Positions 33,929-43,889 of a stretch of 64,000 bases of DNA are shown here, piece by piece. A program made the translations under genes and the position numbers. The notes under the pieces are model-generated. The model searched no databases, was not told where the DNA came from, and worked only from the letters and a program-made list of their open reading frames with translations. Each line of letters starts with the position of its first letter. The stretch's first letter is position 1. The stretch is taken from assembly GCF_055900595.2 (NCBI RefSeq), contig NZ_CM148325.1. One strand, given 5' to 3'.

Positions 33929-35788
33929 ATGAGCAAAGGAACGACCAGCCAGGATGCCCCGTTCGGGACATTATTGGGCTACGCCCCAGGTGGGGTAGCA
34001 ATCTACTCTTCAGATTACAGTTCTCTCGATCCGCAGGAATACGAAGATGACGCCGTATTCCGTAGCTATATCGACGACGAATATATGGGCCACAAATGGC
34101 AATGCGTTGAATTTGCTCGCCGTTTTCTCTTTCTGAATTACGGTGTGGTCTTCACTGACGTGGGTATGGCGTGGGAGATTTTCTCGCTGCGCTTCCTGCG
34201 TGAAGTGGTTAATGACAACATCCTGCCATTGCAGGCATTTCCTAATGGCTCGCCGCGTGCACCGGTCGCGGGCGCGCTTCTTATCTGGGATAAAGGCGGT
34301 GAATTTAAAGACACTGGCCATGTCGCCATCATTACCCAATTGCATGGCAACAAAGTCCGTATTGCGGAACAGAACGTGATTCATTCCCCGTTACCGCAAG
34401 GGCAACAGTGGACACGCGAGCTGGAGATGGTGGTCGAAAACGGCTGCTATACCCTTAAAGACACGTTTGATGACACCACCATTCTGGGCTGGATGATCCA
34501 GACGGAAGATACTGAATACAGCTTACCGCAGCCGGAAATTGCAGGCGAGCTGCTGAAAATCAGCGGAGCGCGCCTGGAAAACAAAGGTCAGTTTGACGGT
34601 AAATGGCTGGATGAAAAAGATCCGCTACAAAACGCCTATGTGCAGGCCAACGGTCAGGTGATCAATCAGGATCCGTATCATTACTACACCATTACCGAGA
34701 GTGCCGAGCAGGAGCTGATTAAAGCCACCAACGAACTGCACCTGATGTATCTTCACGCCACCGACAAGGTGCTGAAAGATGACAACCTGCTGGCGCTGTT
34801 CGACATTCCGAAAATCCTCTGGCCACGTTTGCGTCTCTCCTGGCAGCGTCGCCGTCACCATATGATCACCGGTCGTATGGATTTCTGTATGGACGAACGT
34901 GGCCTGAAGGTCTACGAATACAACGCCGATTCCGCCTCCTGTCATACCGAAGCGGGCTTGATCCTCGAACGTTGGGCGGAGCAGGGCTATAAAGGCAACG
35001 GCTTCAATCCGGCGGAAGGGCTGATTAACGAACTGGCTGGTGCCTGGAAACACAGTCGTGCACGTCCGTTTGTCCATATCATGCAGGACAAAGATATCGA
35101 GGAAAACTATCACGCGCAGTTTATGGAGCAGGCGCTGCACCAGGCGGGCTTTGAAACGCGTATCTTGCGCGGGCTGGATGAACTGGGCTGGGATGCTGCC
35201 GGGCAACTGATTGATGGGGAAGGGCGACTGGTTAACTGCGTGTGGAAAACCTGGGCGTGGGAAACCGCGTTTGATCAGATTCGTGAAGTTAGCGACCGTG
35301 AGTTTGCTGCGGTGCCGATCCGTACCGGTCATCCGCAAAATGAAGTGCGTCTTATCGACGTATTGCTGCGCCCGGAAGTGCTGGTCTTTGAACCTCTGTG
35401 GACAGTGATCCCCGGCAACAAAGCGATTCTGCCGATCCTCTGGTCGCTGTTCCCGCACCATCGTTACCTGCTGGATACCGATTTCACTGTTAATGATGAA
35501 CTGGTAAAAACAGGTTACGCAGTGAAACCGATCGCCGGTCGCTGTGGCAGTAACATCGACCTCGTCAGCCATCATGAAGAGGTGCTGGACAAAACCAGCG
35601 GTAAATTTGCCGAGCAGAAAAACATCTATCAGCAACTGTGGTGTTTGCCGAAAGTGGACGGTAAATACATTCAGGTATGTACCTTCACCGTTGGCGGCAA
35701 CTACGGTGGGACGTGTTTGCGCGGTGATGAATCACTGGTCATTAAAAAAGAGAGTGATATTGAACCGTTAATTGTGGTGAAAGAGTAA
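33929..35788 (+). CDS. gss: Bifunctional glutathionylspermidine synthetase/amidase
   Basis: 619-aa ORF MSKGTTSQDAPFGTLLGYAPGG... with N-terminal CHAP amidase and C-terminal ATP-grasp synthetase. Confidence 0.95.
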   Translation: MSKGTTSQDAPFGTLLGYAPGGVAIYSSDYSSLDPQEYEDDAVFRSYIDDEYMGHKWQCVEFARRFLFLNYGVVFTDVGMAWEIFSLRFLREVVNDNILPLQAFPNGSPRAPVAGALLIWDKGGEFKDTGHVAIITQLHGNKVRIAEQNVIHSPLPQGQQWTRELEMVVENGCYTLKDTFDDTTILGWMIQTEDTEYSLPQPEIAGELLKISGARLENKGQFDGKWLDEKDPLQNAYVQANGQVINQDPYHYYTITESAEQELIKATNELHLMYLHATDKVLKDDNLLALFDIPKILWPRLRLSWQRRRHHMITGRMDFCMDERGLKVYEYNADSASCHTEAGLILERWAEQGYKGNGFNPAEGLINELAGAWKHSRARPFVHIMQDKDIEENYHAQFMEQALHQAGFETRILRGLDELGWDAAGQLIDGEGRLVNCVWKTWAWETAFDQIREVSDREFAAVPIRTGHPQNEVRLIDVLLRPEVLVFEPLWTVIPGNKAILPILWSLFPHHRYLLDTDFTVNDELVKTGYAVKPIAGRCGSNIDLVSHHEEVLDKTSGKFAEQKNIYQQLWCLPKVDGKYIQVCTFTVGGNYGGTCLRGDESLVIKKESDIEPLIVVKE

Positions 35789-35803
35789 TACATGTTGTAG
35801 CAA

Positions 35804-35838
35804 CCCCGCACTGATTATGAAGAATAATCAGTGCGGGG
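35804..35838 (+). terminator. Hairpin terminator after gss
   Basis: 15-bp stem CCCCGCACTGATTAT/ATAATCAGTGCGGGG with 5-nt loop, followed by an A/T-rich tract. Confidence 0.5.
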
Positions 35839-36079
35839 ATTAATCAAAATATTCAATATTTATATATTCAAATATTTATTCATTTCATGTGTGAATGTAT
35901 TAACCAGTGGAATGCCTGTGTTTTGATTATTTCTAAAGGTTTTGAATGAATGCTTATTATCTGATACACAAGAAATAACACTCTTTTTATCGTTAAAAAA
36001 TGATATTTCACTTTGCCCACGCCGTTAAAGTCACTGATAATGCGTCCGTTCGTAAATTCAAAATGGCGTAATCTAATAT

Positions 36080-37579
36080 ATGCTAAATTTATTTGTTGGC
36101 CTTGATATATACACAGGGCTTTTGTTATTACTTGCTCTGGCATTTGTGTTGTTCTACGAAGCAATCAATGGTTTTCATGACACGGCGAATGCGGTGGCAA
36201 CCGTTATTTATACTCGTGCCATGCAACCACAACTTGCTGTGGTGATGGCGGCATTTTTTAACTTTTTTGGCGTATTGCTAGGCGGACTTAGCGTTGCCTA
36301 TGCCATTGTCCATATGTTACCAACCGATTTGCTATTGAATATGGGGTCAACCCACGGTCTGGCGATGGTCTTTTCCATGCTGCTGGCGGCGATTATCTGG
36401 AACCTGGGAACGTGGTTCTTTGGTTTACCTGCTTCCAGTTCGCACACCTTGATTGGCGCGATTATCGGCATCGGTTTAACCAACGCGCTGTTAACCGGCT
36501 CATCGGTGATGGATGCGTTAAACCTGCGTGAAGTGACCAAGATTTTCTCCTCGCTGATTGTCTCCCCCATCGTCGGCCTGGTCATTGCAGGAGGACTGAT
36601 TTTCCTGCTGCGCCGTTTCTGGAGCGGGACGAAAAAGCGTGACCGCATTCACCGTATTCCTGAAGATCGCAAAAAGAAAAAGGGCAAACGTAAGCCGCCA
36701 TTCTGGACGCGTATTGCCCTCATTGTTTCCGCTGCGGGCGTGGCATTTTCGCACGGTGCGAATGACGGGCAGAAAGGGATCGGTCTGGTGATGCTGGTAC
36801 TGGTGGGGATTGCCCCTGCTGGTTTCGTCGTCAATATGAATGCGTCTGGCTATGAAATTACCCGTACCCGCGATGCAGTGACTAACTTCGAACACTATCT
36901 GCAACAGCATCCTGAACTGCCGCAGAAGTTGATCGCGATGGAACCGCCATTGCCTGCGGCATCGACTGATGGCACGCAAGCGACGGAGTTTCACTGTCAT
37001 CCGGCAAATACCTTTGATGCGATTGCGCGCGTTAAAACGATGCTGCCAGGCAATATGGAAAGTTACGAGCCGTTAAGCGTGAGTCAGCGCAGCCAGCTGC
37101 GCCGCATTATGCTGTGCATCTCTGATACCTCCGCGAAGCTGGCGAAACTGCCAGGCGTCAGTAAAGAAGACCAGAACCTGCTGAAAAAACTGCGCAGCGA
37201 TATGTTAAGCACCATTGAGTACGCTCCGGTGTGGATCATCATGGCAGTAGCTCTGGCGCTCGGCATTGGCACCATGATTGGCTGGCGTCGTGTAGCGATG
37301 ACCATCGGTGAGAAGATTGGTAAGCGCGGCATGACGTATGCGCAAGGCATGGCGGCACAAATGACGGCGGCAGTGTCTATCGGCCTTGCCAGTTATATTG
37401 GGATGCCCGTCTCCACAACACACGTACTCTCATCTGCCGTAGCAGGGACGATGGTGGTGGACGGCGGTGGGTTACAGCGTAAAACGGTAACCAGCATCCT
37501 GATGGCGTGGGTATTTACTTTACCGGCGGCGATTTTTCTTTCTGGTGGGTTGTACTGGATAGCATTGCAGTTGATTTAA
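36080..37579 (+). CDS. pitB: Low-affinity inorganic phosphate transporter PitB
   Basis: 499-aa polytopic ORF of the PiT family; the gss-adjacent paralogue in E. coli is pitB. Confidence 0.88.
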   Translation: MLNLFVGLDIYTGLLLLLALAFVLFYEAINGFHDTANAVATVIYTRAMQPQLAVVMAAFFNFFGVLLGGLSVAYAIVHMLPTDLLLNMGSTHGLAMVFSMLLAAIIWNLGTWFFGLPASSSHTLIGAIIGIGLTNALLTGSSVMDALNLREVTKIFSSLIVSPIVGLVIAGGLIFLLRRFWSGTKKRDRIHRIPEDRKKKKGKRKPPFWTRIALIVSAAGVAFSHGANDGQKGIGLVMLVLVGIAPAGFVVNMNASGYEITRTRDAVTNFEHYLQQHPELPQKLIAMEPPLPAASTDGTQATEFHCHPANTFDAIARVKTMLPGNMESYEPLSVSQRSQLRRIMLCISDTSAKLAKLPGVSKEDQNLLKKLRSDMLSTIEYAPVWIIMAVALALGIGTMIGWRRVAMTIGEKIGKRGMTYAQGMAAQMTAAVSIGLASYIGMPVSTTHVLSSAVAGTMVVDGGGLQRKTVTSILMAWVFTLPAAIFLSGGLYWIALQLI

Positions 37580-37590
37580 CCTTCCTGAAA

Positions 37591-37626
37591 ATGCCCGGTC
37601 CTGGCGATCGGGCATTTCCATTTTTG
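37591..37626. terminator. Hairpin between convergent pitB and yghT
   Basis: ATGCCCG...CGGGCAT stem followed by TTCCATTTTT. Confidence 0.4.
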
Positions 37627-37627
37627 A

Positions 37628-38320
37628 CTAGTGATAACCACGCGCGGTCATAAAATCCGTAATCGCTTTTTCTGCATCAACCAGCACCTTTTCCAGTGGC
37701 TGATTAGCATCGATATCAACCAGTTGTGCACCGCCAAAGGTTAACTGTGGCGTTATGGCAATCTTCCTCGCCAGCGATTCCCGTTTATGGTCGGGTTTAC
37801 GCGCGCAGGCAACTTCAAGGTCAACATTGAGTTTGATGACCAGATCAGGTTTATGGCTCGCCATCCAGTGAAACGCTTTACGTTCCTGGCTTGCCAGCCA
37901 TGAGACAAACCGGCCGCCTTCAACGTTAGGCGGGAACACTGTACCATCGTAAGCGCCAGGAATTTGGTCCTGAGGATAACGGTCGGTTAGAACAATTAAC
38001 CCGCGACGACGACAGGCAAGCATATGACGAAAGCGCAGTAAGCGACGGGCGACAAACGCTGTAATTACCAGCGCCGGAACTGGCCCAGGCAATTTTTTTG
38101 CTGTTTTCACCTGATTTCGTTCAATTGTTTTATGTAAGGATTTTCCCATCAACGGTAATTTTGTCACTGCACGACCGACATTTCCGGCCTGTTTTCCTAA
38201 ATGAACTCTTTCGGCAGCACCATATTTTTCGACAACGGTAATGAGATGTTCACACACCGTTGACTTGCCTGAACCATCGCTACCAATAACGGCAATTAAT
38301 GGAGGTGTTATTGACTGCAT
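37628..38320 (-). CDS. yghT: P-loop kinase-like protein YghT (thymidylate-kinase-like fold)
   Basis: 230-aa ORF; Walker [13 protein letters not shown]-type motif (LTDRYPQ); paralogous to the next two genes. Confidence 0.8.
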   Translation of the reverse strand: MQSITPPLIAVIGSDGSGKSTVCEHLITVVEKYGAAERVHLGKQAGNVGRAVTKLPLMGKSLHKTIERNQVKTAKKLPGPVPALVITAFVARRLLRFRHMLACRRRGLIVLTDRYPQDQIPGAYDGTVFPPNVEGGRFVSWLASQERKAFHWMASHKPDLVIKLNVDLEVACARKPDHKRESLARKIAITPQLTFGGAQLVDIDANQPLEKVLVDAEKAITDFMTARGYH

Positions 38321-38493
38321 GAATATATCCTTTAATTTAAATATCCATTAAAAATATTTATTTGGTTAATATGTTTTTATGAAAGCGTAATTCAGGTCAA
38401 TGTCACAATTAACCATTGTCACAATAAGGTTGAACGGATATTCTGAGCACGGACCACGTAATATTCAATACATTATTTGCTGCCGGGTTTTTC

Positions 38494-39207
38494 GTGAATC
38501 AACGTAATATGTCAATAATTAATTCCACGCCAGTGCGTGTTATTGCCATTGTAGGATGTGATGGTTCAGGTAAATCGACCCTCACGGCAAGCCTGGTAAA
38601 TGAACTGGCAGCAAGAATGCCAACAGAACACATTTATCTCGGGCAATCGTCCGGGCGAATTGGCGAATGGATTTCACAGCTCCCTGTTATTGGCGCACCT
38701 TTTGGGCGTTATTTGCGAAGTAAAGCGGCACATGTGCACGAAAAGCCCTTAACACCGCCTGGCAATATTACTGCGCTGGTTATCTATCTGCTTTCCTGCT
38801 GGCGGGCGTACAAGTTTCGCAAAATGTTGTGTAAAAGCCAGCAAGGCTATCTGCTCATCACCGACCGCTACCCGCAGGTTGAAGTGCCGGGTTTTCGCTT
38901 TGATGGCCCGCAATTGGCAAAAACCACGGGCGGTAACGGCTGGATAAAAATGTTAAGGCAGCGCGAGCTGAAGCTGTACCAATGGATGGCGTCTTATTTG
39001 CCCGTATTGTTGATTCGTCTTGGCATTGATGAACAAACCGCGTTTTCGCGTAAACCTGACCATCAACTGGCGGCGTTACAGGAAAAAATCGCCGTTACGC
39101 CGCAACTGACATTCAATGGCGCCGGGATCCTTGAACTGGATGGTCGGCAACCAGCCGATGAAATTATGCAAGCGTCACTACGCGCAATTCACGCCGCGCT
39201 TTCCTGA
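38494..39207 (+). CDS. yghS: P-loop kinase-like protein YghS
   Basis: 237-aa ORF; Walker A GCDGSGKST, ITDRYPQ; paralogue of YghT/YghR. Confidence 0.8.
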   Translation: MNQRNMSIINSTPVRVIAIVGCDGSGKSTLTASLVNELAARMPTEHIYLGQSSGRIGEWISQLPVIGAPFGRYLRSKAAHVHEKPLTPPGNITALVIYLLSCWRAYKFRKMLCKSQQGYLLITDRYPQVEVPGFRFDGPQLAKTTGGNGWIKMLRQRELKLYQWMASYLPVLLIRLGIDEQTAFSRKPDHQLAALQEKIAVTPQLTFNGAGILELDGRQPADEIMQASLRAIHAALS

Positions 39208-39238
39208 TCACCAAAATGGATAGGGGATGATTTAACGA

Positions 39239-39997
39239 ATGGATGCACTACAAACACAAACTGTTAATAGTACAACCGTGCCGCAGCCCAACTACATTCC
39301 GGGGCTGATTGCGGTGGTCGGGTGTGATGGCACCGGTAAATCCACGCTGACCACCGACCTGGTGAAATCGCTGCAACAACACTGGCAAACCGAGCGCCGC
39401 TATTTGGGGCTGCTCTCCGGCGAAGACGGCGACAAAATCAAACGATTGCCGTTGGTTGGCGTCTGGCTGGAACGGCGACTGGCGGCCAAATCCTCGAAAA
39501 CCCAAAGCATGAAAACCAAATCTCCAGCGCTATGGGCGGCGGTGATTATGTACTGCTTCTCGCTGCGAAGAATGGCGAATCTACGCAAGGTTCAGCGACT
39601 GGCGCAAAGTGGCGTTCTGGTGGTCAGCGATCGCTTCCCGCAGGCTGAAATTTCGGGCTTTTATTATGACGGACCGGGGATTGGCGTCGAGCGCGCGACC
39701 GGGAAAATCAACCAATTTCTGGCGCAGCGCGAGCGACAGTTATACCAACAAATGGCGCAGTATCGTCCTGAATTAATCATTCGTTTGGGGATTGATATTG
39801 ATACTGCCATCTCCCGCAAGCCTGACCATGACTATGCCGAGCTGCAGGACAAAATCGGCGTCATGTCGACGATTGGCTATAACGGCACAAAAATTCTTGA
39901 GATTGATTCCAGAGCGCCCTACAGCGAAGTGCTGGAACAGGCACAGAAGGCGGTTTCTCTGGTTGCCATCGTTTCTGACCGCCGAAGTTTAACTTAA
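39239..39997 (+). CDS. yghR: P-loop kinase-like protein YghR
   Basis: 252-aa ORF; Walker A GCDGTGKST, VSDRFPQ; paralogue of YghS/YghT. Confidence 0.8.
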   Translation: MDALQTQTVNSTTVPQPNYIPGLIAVVGCDGTGKSTLTTDLVKSLQQHWQTERRYLGLLSGEDGDKIKRLPLVGVWLERRLAAKSSKTQSMKTKSPALWAAVIMYCFSLRRMANLRKVQRLAQSGVLVVSDRFPQAEISGFYYDGPGIGVERATGKINQFLAQRERQLYQQMAQYRPELIIRLGIDIDTAISRKPDHDYAELQDKIGVMSTIGYNGTKILEIDSRAPYSEVLEQAQKAVSLVAIVSDRRSLT

Positions 39998-40042
39998 GGC
40001 TGGCGGGATACTTTTTACTATCAACGATAAGGTCAGGCTGAA

Positions 40043-41392
40043 TTGGCGGGTTTTAACATCAAACATTGGTTTGCAGATGGCGCGTTTCGCACCATTATTC
40101 GCAATAGCGCCTGGTTAGGCTCCAGTAATGTCGTGAGCGCTTTGCTGGGTCTGTTGGCGCTCTCGTGTGCCGGTAAAGGGATGACGCCCGCCATGTTTGG
40201 CGTACTGGTGATTGTGCAATCGTACGCCAAGTCGATCAGCGATTTTATTAAGTTTCAGACATGGCAGTTGGTGGTGCAGTACGGAACGCCAGCCTTGACC
40301 AACAATAATCCGCAGCAATTTCGCAATGTCGTCTCATTTTCCTTCTCGTTGGATATCGTCAGCGGCGCGGTGGCGATTGTCGGCGGCATTGCCTTACTCC
40401 CTTTTCTTTCCCATTCATTAGGTCTGGATGACCAAAGCTTTTGGCTGGCAGCGCTGTATTGCACGCTCATTCCTTCAATGGCTTCCTCCACGCCGACCGG
40501 CATTCTGCGTGCGGTAGATAGCTTCGACTTAATTGCTGTACAGCAGGCGACGAAACCTTTTCTGCGCGCAGCGGGGAGCGTCGTTGCCTGGTATTTTGAC
40601 TTTGGTTTTGCGGGTTTTGTTATTGCCTGGTACGCCTCGAATCTTGTTGGCGGCACCATGTACTGGTGGTTTGCCGCACGTGAATTACGCCGCAGAAATA
40701 TCCATAACGCGTTCAAATTGAATCTGTTTGAGTCTGCCCGACACATCAAAGGCGCGTGGAGTTTTGTCTGGTCAACCAACATTGCCCATTCCATCTGGTC
40801 GGCGCGTAATTCGTGCAGCACAGTGTTGGTGGGGATCGTGTTAGGACCCGCTGCCGCCGGGTTATTTAAAATCGCCATGACATTCTTCGACGCCGCCGGA
40901 ACGCCAGCGGGTTTACTAGGTAAAAGTTTTTACCCAGAGGTGATGCGTTTAGATCCGCGCACCACCAGACCGTGGTTGTTAGGCGTGAAGTCCGGTTTAC
41001 TGGCGGGCGGAATCGGTATTCTGGTGGCGCTCGCGGTGTTGATCGTCGGCAAGCCGCTCATTTCGCTGGTGTTTGGCGTTAAGTATCTCGAAGCGTATGA
41101 CCTGATTCAGGTGATGCTGGGCGCAATTGTGATTTCGATGCTGGGCTTCCCACAGGAGTCATTGCTATTGATGGCGGGAAAACAGCGTGCTTTTCTCGTG
41201 GCGCAAACCATCGCCTCAATCGGCTACATCGTATTGCTGTTCATGTTCTGTCATCTGTTTGGCGTGCTGGGGGCTGCATTTGCTTACTTCGCTGGGCAAT
41301 GTCTGGATGTGGTGCTCTCGCTAATTCCAACCTTAAAGGCATTTTTTCAGCGCCATTCCTTGCTTTATAACGCAGCCGGAGAGAAATCCTGA
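40043..41392 (+). CDS. yghQ: Polytopic membrane protein YghQ (MOP/Wzx-like flippase family), full length here
   Basis: 449-aa ORF with about 12 predicted TM helices; TTG start as given by the ORF track (true start uncertain); stop overlaps the next ORF (TGATG). Confidence 0.75.
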   Translation: MAGFNIKHWFADGAFRTIIRNSAWLGSSNVVSALLGLLALSCAGKGMTPAMFGVLVIVQSYAKSISDFIKFQTWQLVVQYGTPALTNNNPQQFRNVVSFSFSLDIVSGAVAIVGGIALLPFLSHSLGLDDQSFWLAALYCTLIPSMASSTPTGILRAVDSFDLIAVQQATKPFLRAAGSVVAWYFDFGFAGFVIAWYASNLVGGTMYWWFAARELRRRNIHNAFKLNLFESARHIKGAWSFVWSTNIAHSIWSARNSCSTVLVGIVLGPAAAGLFKIAMTFFDAAGTPAGLLGKSFYPEVMRLDPRTTRPWLLGVKSGLLAGGIGILVALAVLIVGKPLISLVFGVKYLEAYDLIQVMLGAIVISMLGFPQESLLLMAGKQRAFLVAQTIASIGYIVLLFMFCHLFGVLGAAFAYFAGQCLDVVLSLIPTLKAFFQRHSLLYNAAGEKS

Positions 41393-42228
41393 TGATGAGA
41401 AAATATTTCCCGCTTGAGGCTAGCGAGCGTCTATTTGTTGCGATTGAAGAAGATGATGTCGTTGATGCACAGGTCAGTTTGCCGCCGACTATCGCACTAA
41501 GTTGTACCACCGAAATCATCCATGATAATTACGCGTTATGCCTGAAATTCTGGCTGGATGGTGTTAATCGTCAGGAGCTACTGCGTTTAATCCGCAAACA
41601 GGCGAAAGGCGATGAGCTGACGACAGACGAGCGCAAAAAGTATAAATACATGCGAGCGCGCTACAAGCATCTGCGCTTTGCGCAACGGCTGTATTTAAAG
41701 AAGCATCAGGCCGGATTTTTATTCGGCAAAACGACCGTTTTTTTGGGGCGTTTTCAGGACGGCTTTCGTAACGGTAAGAAAAATATTGTGTCGTATTACG
41801 GCAACCTGTTACGGGTTTATTTAAGCTCTCCGGTCTGGTCGTTGGTGAACTATTCATTACGCCATAGCCAGTTAGAAAGCGTAAGCGGTTTTATTGCCTA
41901 TCGGCAAAAGCAAATGCATACCCTGAAAGAGATAATTGCCAAACCGCGACTAACTGGCAGGGAATTTCATGATGTGCGAAAAATCATCAGCCAGCAGGTT
42001 TCTTATTACGACACCCTAAGATCGCTTGATCCTGAAAATAAAGAGGCGTTACAGATTTCCCGCTTCCTCGCCGCCATTAATGGCCTGATGGGGGATAAAC
42101 ACGACGACATGGTGGCGGATGATATGGAAAACCGCCAGTCGTATGATGCACCGATGGCGCTGGATAGCGATATTCGTCAGCGCTTAGAACTGCTGATTTC
42201 GCGTTTCCCACTCTATCCGGAGCAATAA
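41392..42228 (+). CDS. Hypothetical soluble protein (278 aa), coupled to yghQ
   Basis: Start overlaps the yghQ stop; stop overlaps the next start (TAATG); no motif recognised by eye. Confidence 0.6.
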   Translation: MMRKYFPLEASERLFVAIEEDDVVDAQVSLPPTIALSCTTEIIHDNYALCLKFWLDGVNRQELLRLIRKQAKGDELTTDERKKYKYMRARYKHLRFAQRLYLKKHQAGFLFGKTTVFLGRFQDGFRNGKKNIVSYYGNLLRVYLSSPVWSLVNYSLRHSQLESVSGFIAYRQKQMHTLKEIIAKPRLTGREFHDVRKIISQQVSYYDTLRSLDPENKEALQISRFLAAINGLMGDKHDDMVADDMENRQSYDAPMALDSDIRQRLELLISRFPLYPEQ

Positions 42229-42788
42229 TGCCATCTCGTTGGATTTTCGCTCTGATCATCGCACTCTTAGCGCCAGGCGCGGTGGCACACAATTTCGTCA
42301 CTGGTAAAACGGTTACCCCTGTTTATATCCAGGAAGGCGGTGAGTTGCTTCTGAATAGCGACGACGAAATTCACTACCAAAAGTGGAACAGCACACAGCT
42401 GGCGGGAAAAGTCCGCATTATTCAGTATATCGCCGGGCGTAAGTCGGCGAAGAAAAAGAACTCACTGTTAATTAAAGCGGTTGAAGCGGCAAACTTTCCG
42501 CAGGATCGTTTTCAGCCCACCACCATTGTGAACACCGATGATGCCATCTTTGGTACCGACTATTTTGTCGTTGGCAAAATCGAAAAAAATAAACGCCGCT
42601 ATCCATGGGCGCAATTCGTTATTGACGGCAATGGACAGGGACGTGTTGCCTGGCGCTTGCCGGAGCAGAGTTCAACCATTCTGGTGCTGAATAAAAACGG
42701 GCAAATTCAGTGGGCAAAGGACGGCAGCCTGACGCCGGAAGAGGTAGATCATGTCATTGCGCTGGCGCAGAAGCTGATCAATGAATAA
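42228..42788 (+). CDS. Secreted/periplasmic protein (186 aa), possibly YtfJ-like
   Basis: Cleavable signal peptide MPSRWIFALIIALLAPGAVAHN; translationally coupled to the upstream ORF. Confidence 0.6.
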   Translation: MPSRWIFALIIALLAPGAVAHNFVTGKTVTPVYIQEGGELLLNSDDEIHYQKWNSTQLAGKVRIIQYIAGRKSAKKKNSLLIKAVEAANFPQDRFQPTTIVNTDDAIFGTDYFVVGKIEKNKRRYPWAQFVIDGNGQGRVAWRLPEQSSTILVLNKNGQIQWAKDGSLTPEEVDHVIALAQKLINE

Positions 42789-42818
42789 AAAACTCAAAGG
42801 ATTGAGGGCGTTAGTGAG

Positions 42819-43889
42819 ATGAAGCTGGTTGAACACTACATCATGCGTGGTACGCGCCGTCTGGTGCTGATTATCGTCGGTTTTCTGATCTTTATTTTCG
42901 CCAGCTACTCCGCACAGCGTTATCTGACCGAAGCGGCAAATGGGACATTAGCTCTTGATGTTGTGCTGGATATCGTTTTCTACAAAGTGCTGATTGCACT
43001 GGAGATGCTGTTACCTGTTGGACTATATGCTTCAGTTGGCGTGACGCTAGGGCAAATGTATACCGACTCGGAAATTACCGCTATCTCCGCGGCGGGGGGC
43101 AGTCCGGGACGCTTGTACAAAGCCGTTCTTTATCTGGCGATACCGCTAAGTATTTTTGTCACCCTTCTGTCGATGTATGGTCGTCCGTGGGCTTATGCGC
43201 AGATTTATCAACTGGAGCAACAGTCACAGTCGGAGCTGGATGTTCGCCAGTTGCGGGCAAAGAAATTTAACACTAACGATAACGGACGAATGATCCTTTC
43301 GCAGACGGTTGATCAGGATAATAATCGCCTGACTGACGCGCTGATTTATACTTCTACTGCCAATCGAACCCGCATTTTCCGCGCCCGTTCGGTTGATGTG
43401 GTTGACCCATCACCTGAGAAACCGACCGTTATGTTGCATAACGGGACCGCCTATCTTCTCGATCATCAGGGGCGTGACGACAACGAACAGATCTACCGTA
43501 ATCTGCAATTACATCTGAATCCGCTGGATCAAAGCCCTAACGTCAAACGCAAAGCAAAATCGGTCACGGAGCTGGCGCGCTCCGCCTTTCCTGCCGATCA
43601 TGCCGAACTGCAATGGCGACAAAGCCGTGGCCTGACAGCATTGTTGATGGCGCTGCTGGCCATTTCATTAAGTCGGGTAAAACCGCGGCAAGGGCGATTT
43701 TCAACGTTATTGCCACTGACGTTGCTGTTTATTGCCATTTTTTATGGCGGCGACGTCTGCCGTACGCTGGTGGCTAACGGCGCGATTCCCCTCATTCCTG
43801 GTTTGTGGTTAGTACCCGGACTCATGCTAATGGGCCTGCTGATGCTGGTCGCACGCGACTTCTCTTTGCTGCAGAAATTTTCCCGATGA
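42819..43889 (+). CDS. LptF/LptG-family (YjgP/YjgQ) permease paralogue, first of a pair
   Basis: 356-aa ORF with N-terminal MKLVEHYIMRGTRRLVLIIVGFLIFIF resembling LptF/LptG; predicted TM helices flanking a periplasmic domain. Confidence 0.7.
   Translation: MKLVEHYIMRGTRRLVLIIVGFLIFIFASYSAQRYLTEAANGTLALDVVLDIVFYKVLIALEMLLPVGLYASVGVTLGQMYTDSEITAISAAGGSPGRLYKAVLYLAIPLSIFVTLLSMYGRPWAYAQIYQLEQQSQSELDVRQLRAKKFNTNDNGRMILSQTVDQDNNRLTDALIYTSTANRTRIFRARSVDVVDPSPEKPTVMLHNGTAYLLDHQGRDDNEQIYRNLQLHLNPLDQSPNVKRKAKSVTELARSAFPADHAELQWRQSRGLTALLMALLAISLSRVKPRQGRFSTLLPLTLLFIAIFYGGDVCRTLVANGAIPLIPGLWLVPGLMLMGLLMLVARDFSLLQKFSR

Noticed and set aside
34625-35635. 336-aa minus-strand ORF inside gss
   Set aside because: Antisense shadow ORF; gss on the plus strand is full length and recognisable.
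36298-37000. Overlapping 116- and 160-aa minus-strand ORFs inside pitB
   Set aside because: Antisense to a polytopic transporter gene; no independent support.
37628-39997. yghT/S/R as the missing ABC ATPases for the LptFG-like permeases
   Set aside because: They lack the ABC signature (LSGGQ), Q-loop and H-loop, and are only ~230-250 aa with a DRY-type motif; the kinase-like fold fits better.
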